A stretch of 63,278 nucleotides of DNA, counting the filler, from Thermodesulfobacteriota bacterium (GTDB lineage: Bacteria > DASVDK01): NCBI GenBank assembly GCA_036381125.1. It is 5 parts of 5 records of this genome, joined end to end, with 100 filler letters (N's around TTAATTAATTAA, not from the genome) between each part and the next. Parts side by side here need not be neighbours in the genome. Positions count along the whole stretch, not along the records: positions 32,412 to 46,832 come from DASVDK010000220.1; positions 46,933 to 60,510 come from DASVDK010000225.1; 3 more parts are not named here. The stretch is one strand, 5' to 3'. This document shows, piece by piece, positions 42,605 to 51,521 of this stretch. Every line of letters begins with the position of its first letter. The stretch's first letter is position 1. The position numbers and the translations under genes are program-made. The notes under the pieces were generated by a model that did no database searches, was not told the origin of the DNA, and saw only the letters and a program-made list of their open reading frames with translations.

Positions 42605-43230
42605 TGGCCGTCGCCACGCTGTTCGAGCCACACCGGGCCGACTGCCACGCGAGCGGGCTCAGTGATGAGACGATCGCGCGCGCGGACCTCTTCTCGGTCC
42701 CACCGGGCGACCTCAACCGCCTCTGCGGACGGGAGATCCCGGCCGGCCACTCCGGGCTCGGCTTCCCATACGAGCGCGGCGCTCGCCCCTTCACGCGCGT
42801 GAAGCTCTTCCCGGCCCTCCGGACCGGCGACGGCCGGCAGGTCAAGTACCTGCAGCCGGCGAACTCGCCCGTCCGGGCGTACCTCCGGGGGCTCGACCTC
42901 TGCGGCGACCGCGAGACGATCCTCGCGGACCCGAGCGTCTCTCTCCGGATCACCGAGGGCGAGAAGAAAGCGCTCGCGCTCTGCCAGGCGAAGCTCCCCA
43001 CGATCGGTCTCGGCGGGATCTGGAACTTCCGCGCGAAGACGCTGCCGCCCGACCAGTTGATCGCCGACCTCGAGGTGGTCGAGTGGGCGCGGCGCCTCGT
43101 CTACCTCGTCCCGGACAGCGACGCCTGGGCGAACGAACACGTCCTCGATGCGGTGTTCCGGTTGGCGCGCCTCCTCGAGGCCCGCCGGGCGACCGTCAGC
43201 GTCGTGCAGATCCCGGAGGGCGGGCGGTGA
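42604..43230 (+). CDS. DUF3854/TOPRIM primase domain (C-terminal motif lies in the next frame)
   Basis: KYLQP, ITEGEKKAL, GLGGIWNF, VPDSDA. Confidence 0.8.
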   Translation: MAVATLFEPHRADCHASGLSDETIARADLFSVPPGDLNRLCGREIPAGHSGLGFPYERGARPFTRVKLFPALRTGDGRQVKYLQPANSPVRAYLRGLDLCGDRETILADPSVSLRITEGEKKALALCQAKLPTIGLGGIWNFRAKTLPPDQLIADLEVVEWARRLVYLVPDSDAWANEHVLDAVFRLARLLEARRATVSVVQIPEGGR

Positions 43231-44726
43231 AGGTCGGCGCCGACGACTTCCTCGCCGCCCGCGGCGACCTCGGGCCGGCCGCCTGGCGGAAGCTCGAGCA
43301 GAAGGCCATCACGCTCGCGCACCCGGTCTTCGCCCGCTTCCGGCGGCGCGAGGCGAGCGAACGCGCGGCGATCCCGGAGCGCGATGGCCTCACGGACACC
43401 GGCAACGCCGAGCGCCTCGTCGCGGCCGATGGCGAGGATCTCCGGTACTGCGAGCAGGCCGGCCGCTGGTTCGTCTACGACCACGCAGCCGGCGTGTGGA
43501 TCCGGGACGAGGCCGGCGAGGTCATGCGCCGGGCGAAGATGATCCCGCGCGCCATGTACCAGGAGGCGGCCGGGCTCGCGGACGACAAGGCCCGCGCCGC
43601 GCTCGTCGCGCACGCCCGGAAGAGCGAGAGCGAGCCGGCGCTGCGTCGGATGGTCAAGCTCGCCGAGAGTGAGCCGGGGATCCCGATCCGCCTCGACGCC
43701 TTCGACGCCGATCCGTGGGTCTTCAACGTCGCGAACGGCACCCTCGATCTGCGTGAGGGCACCTTCGGCCCGCACCGGCGCGAGCGCCTCCTCACGAAGC
43801 GCGCGCCGGTCGCCTACGATCCTGACGCCGAGTGCCCGACCTTCCGCGCCTTCCTCGCGCGCATCTTCGCCGGCGACCAGGACGTGATCGGGTTCGTCCA
43901 GCGCGCGGTCGGCTACAGCCTGACCGGCGACACGAGCGAGCAGATCCTCCTCTTCCTCTGGGGGCTCGGGGCGAACGGCAAGACGACGCTGCTCGAGTTG
44001 CTGCGCGCCCTCCTCGGCGACTACGCCGAGGTGGCGGACTTCTCGACCTTCCTCGCGAGCGACCGGGACGGCCCGCGCAACGACCTCGCGAAGCTCCGGG
44101 CCGCGCGTCTCGTGACGGCCGTCGAGGTGGGCGAGGGGCGCCGCCTCGCTGAGGCGCTCGTCAAGCAGGTGACCGGCGGCGACATGCTGACCGCCCGGTT
44201 CCTCTTCCACGAATTCTTCACCTTCCGGCCGGCCTTCAAGCTCTGGCTGGCCGCGAACCACAAGCCCGCGATCAAGGGCACCGATCACGCGATCTGGCGG
44301 CGCATCCGGCTCATCCCCTTCACGGTCACGATCCCACCCGAGGAGCAGGACCGGGACCTCCCGGCGAAGCTCCGGGCCGAGCTGTCGGGCGTCCTGAATT
44401 GGGCGCTCGAGGGGTGCCGGGCCTGGCAGCGCGACGGGCTCGGCCAGGCCGAGGCGGTCCGCCAGGCGACGGCGGCGTACCAGGCCGAGCAGGACCCGGT
44501 CGGGCCCTTCCTCGACGAGGCGTGCGTCCTCGAGCCGTCCGCCTACGTCCCGTCGAACGCCCTCCGGAACGCCTACGAGCGCTGGTGTGAGGCGAACGGG
44601 GAGAAGCCGGTCTCGCCCCGGGCGTTCGCCGATCGCCTCAAGGAGCGGGGCCTCGTGGCCGACAAGGGCACGGGCGGGCGCCGGCAGTGGCTCGGGATCC
44701 GTCTCGTCGAGGGGAGCGAGCGGTGA
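43227..44726 (+). CDS. P4-family primase/SF3 helicase (D5_N + ATPase + winged helix)
   Basis: TDTGNAERL, FNVANGTLDL, GLGANGKTT Walker A, KQVTGGD, NHKP, AIWRRI. Confidence 0.92.
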   Translation: MKVGADDFLAARGDLGPAAWRKLEQKAITLAHPVFARFRRREASERAAIPERDGLTDTGNAERLVAADGEDLRYCEQAGRWFVYDHAAGVWIRDEAGEVMRRAKMIPRAMYQEAAGLADDKARAALVAHARKSESEPALRRMVKLAESEPGIPIRLDAFDADPWVFNVANGTLDLREGTFGPHRRERLLTKRAPVAYDPDAECPTFRAFLARIFAGDQDVIGFVQRAVGYSLTGDTSEQILLFLWGLGANGKTTLLELLRALLGDYAEVADFSTFLASDRDGPRNDLAKLRAARLVTAVEVGEGRRLAEALVKQVTGGDMLTARFLFHEFFTFRPAFKLWLAANHKPAIKGTDHAIWRRIRLIPFTVTIPPEEQDRDLPAKLRAELSGVLNWALEGCRAWQRDGLGQAEAVRQATAAYQAEQDPVGPFLDEACVLEPSAYVPSNALRNAYERWCEANGEKPVSPRAFADRLKERGLVADKGTGGRRQWLGIRLVEGSER

Positions 44727-44730
44727 GACA

Positions 44731-44866
44731 GTGGCGCCTGACCGAGGAGTGGCGCCTCAGGGCGCCTGATTCCCTTTTAAGCGCATTACGCGCGCGCACG
44801 AGAGACTTTCCGGAACAGGCGCCACAGGCGCCACTGGCGCCACTCAGGCGCCACTCGCCAGGCGCC
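44731..44866. repeat. Putative replication origin: two inversely oriented iteron arrays around an AT-richer spacer
   Basis: Three (GT)GGCGCCT(G/C)A copies, spacer with TTTTAA, then five (C/T)(A/T)GGCGCC(A/G)C copies. Confidence 0.7.
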
Positions 44867-45196
44867 GCGAGCGCCGCCCGCCTCGCCGTGCTCGACGCCG
44901 CCGAGGCCGCCAGGTGGCCGCGCCTCGCGCTCGGGCGCCTCGTGATCGGGCCGGGCGAGACTCGGTGGCGCCAGGGGGTCACCCTGGCCGAGCCGGAGGA
45001 GGTTCAGGCGATCGCCGCGGGGCTCGCGATCGTCACCGATGGGCGGGGCCTCGGGTCTGTCTCGCAGGGGGGCCCGAGGAGGGATGCCGGGGCGGTGTGC
45101 GCCGGACGCCGCCCCAGGCGGGGCCCGCAGAGACGATGACGAACCGGGCCGCCGGCCGGCCCTGACCGGGGCGTGAGCGCCCCGAAGGAGACGATC

Positions 45197-46003
45197 ATGC
45201 CCAAGACGAACCCCGAGGCCGCGCGCCTCACGGAGGCCGCCGAGGCGGCCGTCGCCAAACTCGAGGCGCTCGGCGAGAACGAGCCGTTCGCCGAACCGCT
45301 TGCGGCCGCCGAGCGGGCCGTCGCCGCGCTCGAGGTGCCGGCCCGTGCCAGCCTGTTCCCTGAGCAACTCGAGCCGGTCGACGCCGGCGTCCTCGCGGAC
45401 TGGCAGGACCTGCGCGGCGACCTGCACCGGCTCCGCATCGCCGAGAGCCTCGCCGAGCTGCACGGCCACGCCTTTCCCGAGCTGCAGCGCGTGATCCGCG
45501 GCCCGCGTGGTCAGGACCTCGTCCGCCGCGCCGCGTGGGCGGCCAGCGGCGCGCTCGGCCGCGAGCCCGAGGCCGTCGTCGCCGAGCAGCTCGCGACGTT
45601 CACGCGCCTCGTGGCCGGGCAGCTCGTCGGGCAGGCCGAGCACGAGCCGTGGGCCACGATCCTTGGGGCGACGGTCCCCGCTCTCCGGGCCCGGCTCCTG
45701 GCGGCCCGGACGGCCCTCGAGCAGCGCGCCGCCGCGGCGGCCGAGCGGCTCCGCCAGGAGGAGGCCGAGGCCGAGCGGGTCCTCGCCGAGGCGACGGTCG
45801 AACGGCGCCGGGCGCTGGCCGAGCGCCTCGAACGGATGCCGGCGTCGCGGCTGTTCACCGTCCCGGTCGGGATCGGCGAGGTCGACCAGGTGACGGCGGG
45901 GGCGCTCCGGCGTCGCATCCAGGCGGGGGTCTACGACGACAACGCCGCGTTCCTCGAGCGCCTCGAACGCGAGGTCGCGGCCCTTGAGGCGGTCGCCCGG
46001 TGA
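45197..46003 (+). CDS. Hypothetical helical/coiled-coil protein of the element
   Basis: AAGGAG RBS, Ala/Glu-rich heptads. Confidence 0.65.
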   Translation: MPKTNPEAARLTEAAEAAVAKLEALGENEPFAEPLAAAERAVAALEVPARASLFPEQLEPVDAGVLADWQDLRGDLHRLRIAESLAELHGHAFPELQRVIRGPRGQDLVRRAAWAASGALGREPEAVVAEQLATFTRLVAGQLVGQAEHEPWATILGATVPALRARLLAARTALEQRAAAAAERLRQEEAEAERVLAEATVERRRALAERLERMPASRLFTVPVGIGEVDQVTAGALRRRIQAGVYDDNAAFLERLEREVAALEAVAR

Positions 46004-46671
46004 GGGTCTCGAGCGTCGAGGTCGCGGCCCTCTTCGGCGACGCGCTCAGCTATCGCGAGACCATGGCGGGCGGGCCGCCATGGCTGTGCTGGCCGCTCGT
46101 CGCGACCCCGGCGGCCCGGTCGAAGCTGACGGACTGGGCGCGGCGCGCGCCGCGGCCCTGGGCGACGCCGGACGCGGCCACGCTCCTCACCCGGCTCGCC
46201 GTCACCGGCGACGAGGAGATCGCCTACGGCGTGGCCGAGGTGCTCAGCGAGCTGCCGCCGCCCGTGATCGACTACGCGCGGACGCGGGTGAGCTTCCTCG
46301 CCGTGGGGCTTCGGATCTCGGGCTGGTGCGGCGCGCGCCCGGACCTCGCCGATCGGCCGTTCGTGATCGTGCTCGGCCCGGCCGACCGGACGCGCGACGG
46401 GATCCGCCGGGTGATCGCGCACGAAGTCGCGCATGCGTGGCTCTTGCCCGAGCCGCCCCCCAGCACGGTCGCGGCGGGCGCCCTCTGGATGGAGACCGTC
46501 CACGGGCTGCCGCTCGGCGAGGTCCCGGAGGCGGCGCGTGAGGCGGTGCTCGCCCGGCGGCAGGCGTCCGCCGTCCACGAGCGCCAGGCCGAGGCCCTCG
46601 TGGCCGCCTGGGGCTTCCCCGATCCCCCTCACCCGGCGCCGACCGCGCCGCGACGGAGACGACGACGATGA
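46000..46671 (+). CDS. Putative zinc metallopeptidase (HEXXH)
   Basis: RRVIAHEVAHAWL followed by HERQAEAL. Confidence 0.65.
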   Translation: MRVSSVEVAALFGDALSYRETMAGGPPWLCWPLVATPAARSKLTDWARRAPRPWATPDAATLLTRLAVTGDEEIAYGVAEVLSELPPPVIDYARTRVSFLAVGLRISGWCGARPDLADRPFVIVLGPADRTRDGIRRVIAHEVAHAWLLPEPPPSTVAAGALWMETVHGLPLGEVPEAAREAVLARRQASAVHERQAEALVAAWGFPDPPHPAPTAPRRRRRR

Positions 46672-46832
46672 AGACGAAGACGATCACGCTCAAGCTCGAG
46701 GTGCCGGCCAGCGAGGCGGCCCTGCTCGAGGGCCTCGACGACCTGCGCGCCGTGCACCCGGCGCTCCGTGAGGCCGAGTCGCGCGCTGCCGACCTCGAGC
46801 GCCGCCTCGCCGAGGCGAAGGCCGCGGTGCTC
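46668..46832 (+). CDS. Hypothetical protein, truncated by contig end
   Basis: ATGA-coupled start MKTKTITLKLE. Confidence 0.55.
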
Positions 46833-46932
46833 NNNNNNNNNNNNNNNNNNNNNNNNNNNNNNNNNNNNNNNNNNNNTTAATTAATTAANNNNNNNNNNNN
46901 NNNNNNNNNNNNNNNNNNNNNNNNNNNNNNNN
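46833..46932. other. Artificial contig linker
   Basis: N-run with TTAATTAATTAA. Confidence 0.97.
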
Positions 46933-46950
46933 CAGCCGGCCGGAACGACC

Positions 46951-47346
46951 GTGGTGGCCCGGCAGGCGGCGCCCGCCGCCGCGCTCGCGGCGGCGCTGGC
47001 GGCGGTGGCGGCTCGCGGCCGTCGCGGCCGGCGCCTCCTCGTGGCGGCGGTTGCCGGGCTCGCCCTGTCGTGCGGCGGCGGGGACGGCGGCGGCCCGGCC
47101 GGCGGAGGCGGCGGAGGGGTTGCCGAGGCCTGCCCGCCAGCCGAAGGGGCCGACGCGCTGTCCGCGTCGGAGCGCCTCGCGGGGGCGACCGCGACCTTCG
47201 CCGTCCGCCCCCTCGAACGGGGCGACGTCATCGCCGTCGACGCGGCCGGGCGCCCGACCGTCCCCACCCTCTCCGGCACGGTGACCGGCCGGCGCGTCAC
47301 GGTTGCCCGACCCCGAGCGGCCGTGCAGTCGCGATCCCTGCGGTAG
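46951..47346 (+). CDS. Possible lipoprotein or fragment
   Basis: RRLLVAAVAGLALSC lipobox-like, Gly-rich linker. Confidence 0.35.
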   Translation: MVARQAAPAAALAAALAAVAARGRRGRRLLVAAVAGLALSCGGGDGGGPAGGGGGGVAEACPPAEGADALSASERLAGATATFAVRPLERGDVIAVDAAGRPTVPTLSGTVTGRRVTVARPRAAVQSRSLR

Positions 47347-47384
47347 ACTCTGCGGACCCGGCAGGACGTTGGGAGGTGTATCCG

Positions 47385-47675
47385 ATGGCGACACGGCTGA
47401 CGGGCGAGGCGGCGGCACGCGCGGTGGCGGCGCTGCCCGGCTGGAGCCTGGACGGCGAGACGATCCGCAAGACGTTCACGTTCGCCGACTTCCAGGCGGC
47501 GATCGCGTTCGTGGTGGCGGTGGCGTTCAAGGCCGAGGCGGCCGGCCATCACCCGGACATCGACATCCGCTGGAACCGCGTCACGCTGGCCCTCACCACG
47601 CACGACGCCGGCGGGCTGACGGACAGGGACGTGGGGCTCGCGAGCACCGTCGAGTCCCTGGGCCGGCGGCCGTGA
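47385..47675 (+). CDS. phhB: Pterin-4-alpha-carbinolamine dehydratase
   Basis: AEAAGHHPDI, LTTHDAGGLTDRD. Confidence 0.92.
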   Translation: MATRLTGEAAARAVAALPGWSLDGETIRKTFTFADFQAAIAFVVAVAFKAEAAGHHPDIDIRWNRVTLALTTHDAGGLTDRDVGLASTVESLGRRP

Positions 47676-48379
47676 GGGCGGCTCGCCGCCGCCTCGCGCT
47701 CGCCGCCACGCTGGGGCTGGCCATCGTCGCGTCGGCAGGCCCCGCGCAGGCCGGCGCGATCGTCGACCCGTCCGACACGCTCGGCGCGACTCGGGTCCGG
47801 CTCGACGGCACCGGCGTGGGCGTCTTCTCGCGCGAGATCCGCCTCGAGGGGCCGGACCGCATCGCCGACACGTCGGAGCGGACGTTCGGCATCGGCGGCG
47901 CCTTCGGCCTCCTCGACGGCCTCGACGGCTTCCTCACCGTCGGCGCGACCCGCCTCACGCTCGACGAGGACGACGCCCTGCCGAGCGGCGACTTCGACGG
48001 CGACGTCGGCTTCGCGTTCGGCGGCGGCCTGCGCTACCGGTTCGTCGACGAGCGGTACTTCAAGGTGGGCTCGAGCGTGTCGATCGGCCGCCACGAGTCG
48101 GCCAAGGGCGACGTGGAGGCCACCTGGATCGACGGCGAGTTCCTCCTGGGCGCCAGCCTGCACGCGTTCCGCGACGTCGTCCCGTTCGCCGGCCTGTCGA
48201 TCGGCATCATCCGCGGCCAGTTCGACGGCCCCTTCGGCCGCATCGACTTCCGGCAGGAGAACGTCGTGGGCGCCATGGCCGGCCTCCGCTACGCCGCCAC
48301 CTCGCAGGTGGAGGCGACGCTCGCCGGCCGGCTCTTCGATCGCGAGGAAGTGTCCTTCGCCCTCTCGTTCGGCTTCTGA
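47672..48379 (+). CDS. Outer-membrane beta-barrel protein
   Basis: Signal peptide, GGGLRYRF, terminal LSFGF. Confidence 0.7.
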   Translation: MRAARRRLALAATLGLAIVASAGPAQAGAIVDPSDTLGATRVRLDGTGVGVFSREIRLEGPDRIADTSERTFGIGGAFGLLDGLDGFLTVGATRLTLDEDDALPSGDFDGDVGFAFGGGLRYRFVDERYFKVGSSVSIGRHESAKGDVEATWIDGEFLLGASLHAFRDVVPFAGLSIGIIRGQFDGPFGRIDFRQENVVGAMAGLRYAATSQVEATLAGRLFDREEVSFALSFGF

Positions 48380-48382
48380 GCC

Positions 48383-48643
48383 CTAGTCCGGGCGCGACGC
48401 CCCCTCGGTGGCCAGGTCGGCGGGCGGAGCCGAGGCGCGGGCCCGCCGGGCCTCGCGGATGGCGGCCGCACGCTCGACGTGGCGGCCGTTCCACGCGATC
48501 TGCTCGTCGATCACCGCCCGGGCCGCGAGCAGCAGCTCCGTCGACGCGCGGCCGAGATGCGACACGGTGTCGGGCGGCAGGAACGAGAGACCGGTGTCCA
48601 CGGCCTCGTTGACGACCCGCCGCACCGCCGAGATCCACGACAT
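48383..48643 (-). CDS. Small hypothetical protein
   Basis: 86 aa, AAGGAGG RBS. Confidence 0.6.
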   Translation of the reverse strand: MSWISAVRRVVNEAVDTGLSFLPPDTVSHLGRASTELLLAARAVIDEQIAWNGRHVERAAAIREARRARASAPPADLATEGASRPD

Positions 48644-48653
48644 AGCGCCTCCT

Positions 48654-49886
48654 TCACCGGCCCGTTGCGACGGGCCTCCACGTCGCGACCTTGCCGCCCG
48701 GCGGGACGACGGCCTCGACGATCACCAGCGCCCGCTCGTCGAGCCCGCCGTGGTCGTCGGGCCGGTAGCGGTAGACGCCGGTCACGCCCCGGTAGTCGGG
48801 CATCGCCTCGAGCGCGTCGCGCACGTCGAGGCGGCGCCGCGCCGCCGGCTCGTCGCCGCCCCAGCCCGACGAGGCCTGCTCGATGGCCGCCGCCGCGAGA
48901 CCGAGCGCATCGTACCCGTACCCTGGAAAGGGGCTCGACCCGGGGCCACCCGCGGCGCGCACCTCCCGGACGAACGCGACGAGTCTCGAGCGATCGGGGT
49001 CGGCCTCGGGGAGCGCCTCGGCCACCATCACGCGCGGCACCGCGGTCCGCACCCCCGCGGCCGCTGCGCCGGCGAGCGGGAGGAACGCGGAGGCGAGCGC
49101 GGCGTGACTCTGGTAGTGCGGCAGACCCGGCGCGAGGTCGAGGAGCGGCTGCGCGATGGCGCCGGCGAGCGGCGGGATCGCCCAGACCACGACGGCCTGG
49201 GGCTTCGCGTCGAGCACCGCGGCCACGATCGCCGCGAGGTCGCCCGTCTCGTCGGCGACGACCTCGCGATGCGCGAGCGCGAGCCCGCGACGCCGCGCGG
49301 CGGCCTCGAAGGCGGCCCGGCCGGCGGCGCCGATCGGGCTCGCGGCTTCGAGGAACCCGACGCGCAGGAGCCCTCGCCGGGCGAGGTCGCCCGCCAGCAC
49401 GTCGGCGAGGCGGGCCGTCCCGGGAGGGGCCTGGAACACCCACCGGGGCGCCGCGCCCCCCTCCCCGCCCCGGCCCTCGGCCAGCGCGATCAGCGGCACC
49501 TCGGCCCGCTGCGCCGCAGCGGCCAGGGCGGAGGCGGGCCCACGCGTGCTGCCGCCGACGAGCACGAGCGCGCGCTCGTCCTCGATGGCGATGCGCGCGG
49601 CGCGCTCGGCGGCCCGGGTGCTGGTGGCGCTGTCGAAGACGACGAGTCTCAGCGGCCGGCCGCCGAGGCCGCCCCGCGCGGCGACCTCGCGCTCGGCCAG
49701 CGCGAGCCCGATCCGCTCGGCCGCGCCGAGCGCGGCGCCGGGGCCGGTGAGATCGAGGATCGCGGCGACCGTGACGGGCGCGGGCGTCTCGCCGGCGGCC
49801 GATCCCAGGCCTGCGAGCGCGAGCGCCGGCACGGCGAGCAGGCAGGCGCCGAGCGTCCGGAGCGCGAGGCGGCGCGGGCCACGCAC
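48654..49886 (-). CDS. ABC transporter substrate-binding protein (LivK-like)
   Basis: LDLTGPGAALG, GGLGGRPL.L...D, GYDAL, GVTG. Confidence 0.85.
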   Translation of the reverse strand: MRGPRRLALRTLGACLLAVPALALAGLGSAAGETPAPVTVAAILDLTGPGAALGAAERIGLALAEREVAARGGLGGRPLRLVVFDSATSTRAAERAARIAIEDERALVLVGGSTRGPASALAAAAQRAEVPLIALAEGRGGEGGAAPRWVFQAPPGTARLADVLAGDLARRGLLRVGFLEAASPIGAAGRAAFEAAARRRGLALAHREVVADETGDLAAIVAAVLDAKPQAVVVWAIPPLAGAIAQPLLDLAPGLPHYQSHAALASAFLPLAGAAAAGVRTAVPRVMVAEALPEADPDRSRLVAFVREVRAAGGPGSSPFPGYGYDALGLAAAAIEQASSGWGGDEPAARRRLDVRDALEAMPDYRGVTGVYRYRPDDHGGLDERALVIVEAVVPPGGKVATWRPVATGR

Positions 49887-49892
49887 GGGCGG

Positions 49893-50189
49893 CTACAGCG
49901 GCCAGGCGCTCATGCCGCCGCGGACGTTGGCCACGCGTGCGAAGCCCGCCCGGGCCACGAGGAACTGACAGGCCACGAGCGAGCGCATGCCGTGCTCGCA
50001 GACGACGAGCGTCGGCCGCGCGGCATCGAGTTCGCCGACACGGGCGGCAAGCTGGTCGAGGGGGATGAGGTACGCGCCGGGAGCGTGGCGGGCGCGGAAC
50101 TCCTCGTCGGTCCGCACGTCGAGCAGGAACGGCGGCTCGGGCCCGGCGAGCCGCCGGCAGGCTTCCGCGACGCTCACCTCCTCGAACAC
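49893..50189 (-). CDS. Rhodanese-like protein
   Basis: LLDVRT..EF, active-site CEHGMRS, GGMSAW. Confidence 0.85.
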   Translation of the reverse strand: MFEEVSVAEACRRLAGPEPPFLLDVRTDEEFRARHAPGAYLIPLDQLAARVGELDAARPTLVVCEHGMRSLVACQFLVARAGFARVANVRGGMSAWPL

Positions 50190-50644
50190 TACCCGAGCCC
50201 TCCGCGCACCGTGAGGCTCACGCCGAGGAAGAGGACGATCGCGCCGAGCAGGAGGTTCACGCGTGCGAGCGCGAGGTAGCCGTCGAAGGCCTTGGTCTCG
50301 CCCGCCCCGAGGGCGCGGACGTGGAGCCACTGCTGCGCCGCCGTGACCGCCACGACGGCGCCGAAGAGCGCGACCTTCGCCGTGAGAGTCCACATGAAGC
50401 GCTGCATGCCGCCCCCGCTCTGGAGCATCGGCACCCAGGGCACCACGTTGTAGATGCCGGTCGCGAGCAGCACCACGAGGGCGATCCAGGCGACGCGCTG
50501 GTAGCGGCGGACCACCGCCACGCCCGAGGCGGGGGACCCCGCGCCGCGGGCGGCCCGGATCGCGACCATCGCGACCATGAGGCCGCCGTACCACACGGCG
50601 GCGGTCAGGACGTGGACGAATACGAGGACGAGGCGGGTATCCAC
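50189..50644 (-). CDS. CopD/DUF4149-like membrane protein
   Basis: HVLTAAVWYGG, LLATGIYN, four TM helices. Confidence 0.7.
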   Translation of the reverse strand: MDTRLVLVFVHVLTAAVWYGGLMVAMVAIRAARGAGSPASGVAVVRRYQRVAWIALVVLLATGIYNVVPWVPMLQSGGGMQRFMWTLTAKVALFGAVVAVTAAQQWLHVRALGAGETKAFDGYLALARVNLLLGAIVLFLGVSLTVRGGLG

Positions 50645-50734
50645 GGCGGTCGATGGTATCAGCCGCGCCAGCCGGCGACAAGGCGCCGGCCGGCCCGCGA
50701 GGCGTCGGGTGCGGGCCGGCCGGACGGCGTGGCG

Positions 50735-51388
50735 CTACTTCGCGGCGGGGCTCGCGCTGCCCGAGGGCTGCATCGACTGCGAGCCGGACGGGGCGCCGCC
50801 GGTGCTCGGGGGCATCCGGCCACTCGGGGCCTTGCCGGCCCCCGACTGGCTGGCGGGACCCTGCTGGCCGCCCTGTGCCTTGACCTGCTGCTCCATGTGT
50901 TGCAGCTGGGACTGCATCTTCGGGCTTGCCATGATCCGGTGGTGCTCCCCGGCGTACTGGGCGAGCGTGTAGCCGCTACCCTGCAGCGCCTGGGACAGCT
51001 TCTGGCGCTCCTCCTGGGACAGCTCCGTGTTGAGGTCCTTCGCGTGCTCGACCTTCGCGTACACGTCCGGCGCCTTCTGCTCGACGACCATGTCGGCCCT
51101 GGCGTGCCGGCGAAGCTGCGCGTGCGACAGCCCGGCGCCTTGCGAGGACTTGCCGGTCTGGTGCTTCTTCTGCTGCTGGGAGGATTGGCCCGCCGCGGAC
51201 GAGCCGCCCGTGGTCCCGGTGCTCGATCCGCCGCCGGGCGTCGTGGCGCTCTGCCCGGACTGCCCGGCGCCGCCCGAGGGCGGCTGGCTCGCCGTCTGGG
51301 CCGCGGCCGGGAGCGCGCCAGTCAGGAGCAGGGTCCCCGCCGCCACGATGGCGGTCCCCGTGCGACGCCTGCGCGAAACGGTGCTCAT
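50735..51388 (-). CDS. Secreted Gln/Gly/Ser-rich protein, DUF4168-like core
   Basis: Signal peptide, low-complexity ends, LSQALQGSGYTLAQY...ASPKMQSQL. Confidence 0.55.
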   Translation of the reverse strand: MSTVSRRRRTGTAIVAAGTLLLTGALPAAAQTASQPPSGGAGQSGQSATTPGGGSSTGTTGGSSAAGQSSQQQKKHQTGKSSQGAGLSHAQLRRHARADMVVEQKAPDVYAKVEHAKDLNTELSQEERQKLSQALQGSGYTLAQYAGEHHRIMASPKMQSQLQHMEQQVKAQGGQQGPASQSGAGKAPSGRMPPSTGGAPSGSQSMQPSGSASPAAK

Positions 51389-51521
51389 CTCTTCCGCCTC
51401 CTGAATGATCGGTACCGCGACGACACGTCGGGGTCGCGACATGCGGCCGCTCGGCGTGACTCCGCGGGGGGACCGGTACAGGAAGCGTGCCTGGCGGATG
51501 CCAGGGGGGGCTGGCGGCCGG

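Larger units (their letters stand above)
39590..46832. mobile_element. Integrated phage-satellite/PICI-like element (right end beyond the contig)
   Basis: tRNA 3' end, tyrosine integrase, divergent regulators, xis-like HTH, primase-helicase, iteron origin. Confidence 0.82.

Noticed and set aside
44731-44866. Repeats considered as a CRISPR array
   Set aside because: Units of about 10 bp, inverted arrangement, no unique spacers, no cas genes
44723-45139. ORF spanning the iteron region
   Set aside because: Has a coupled GTG start but encodes the repeats and uses two rare TTA codons; cannot be supported as a gene, though not excluded
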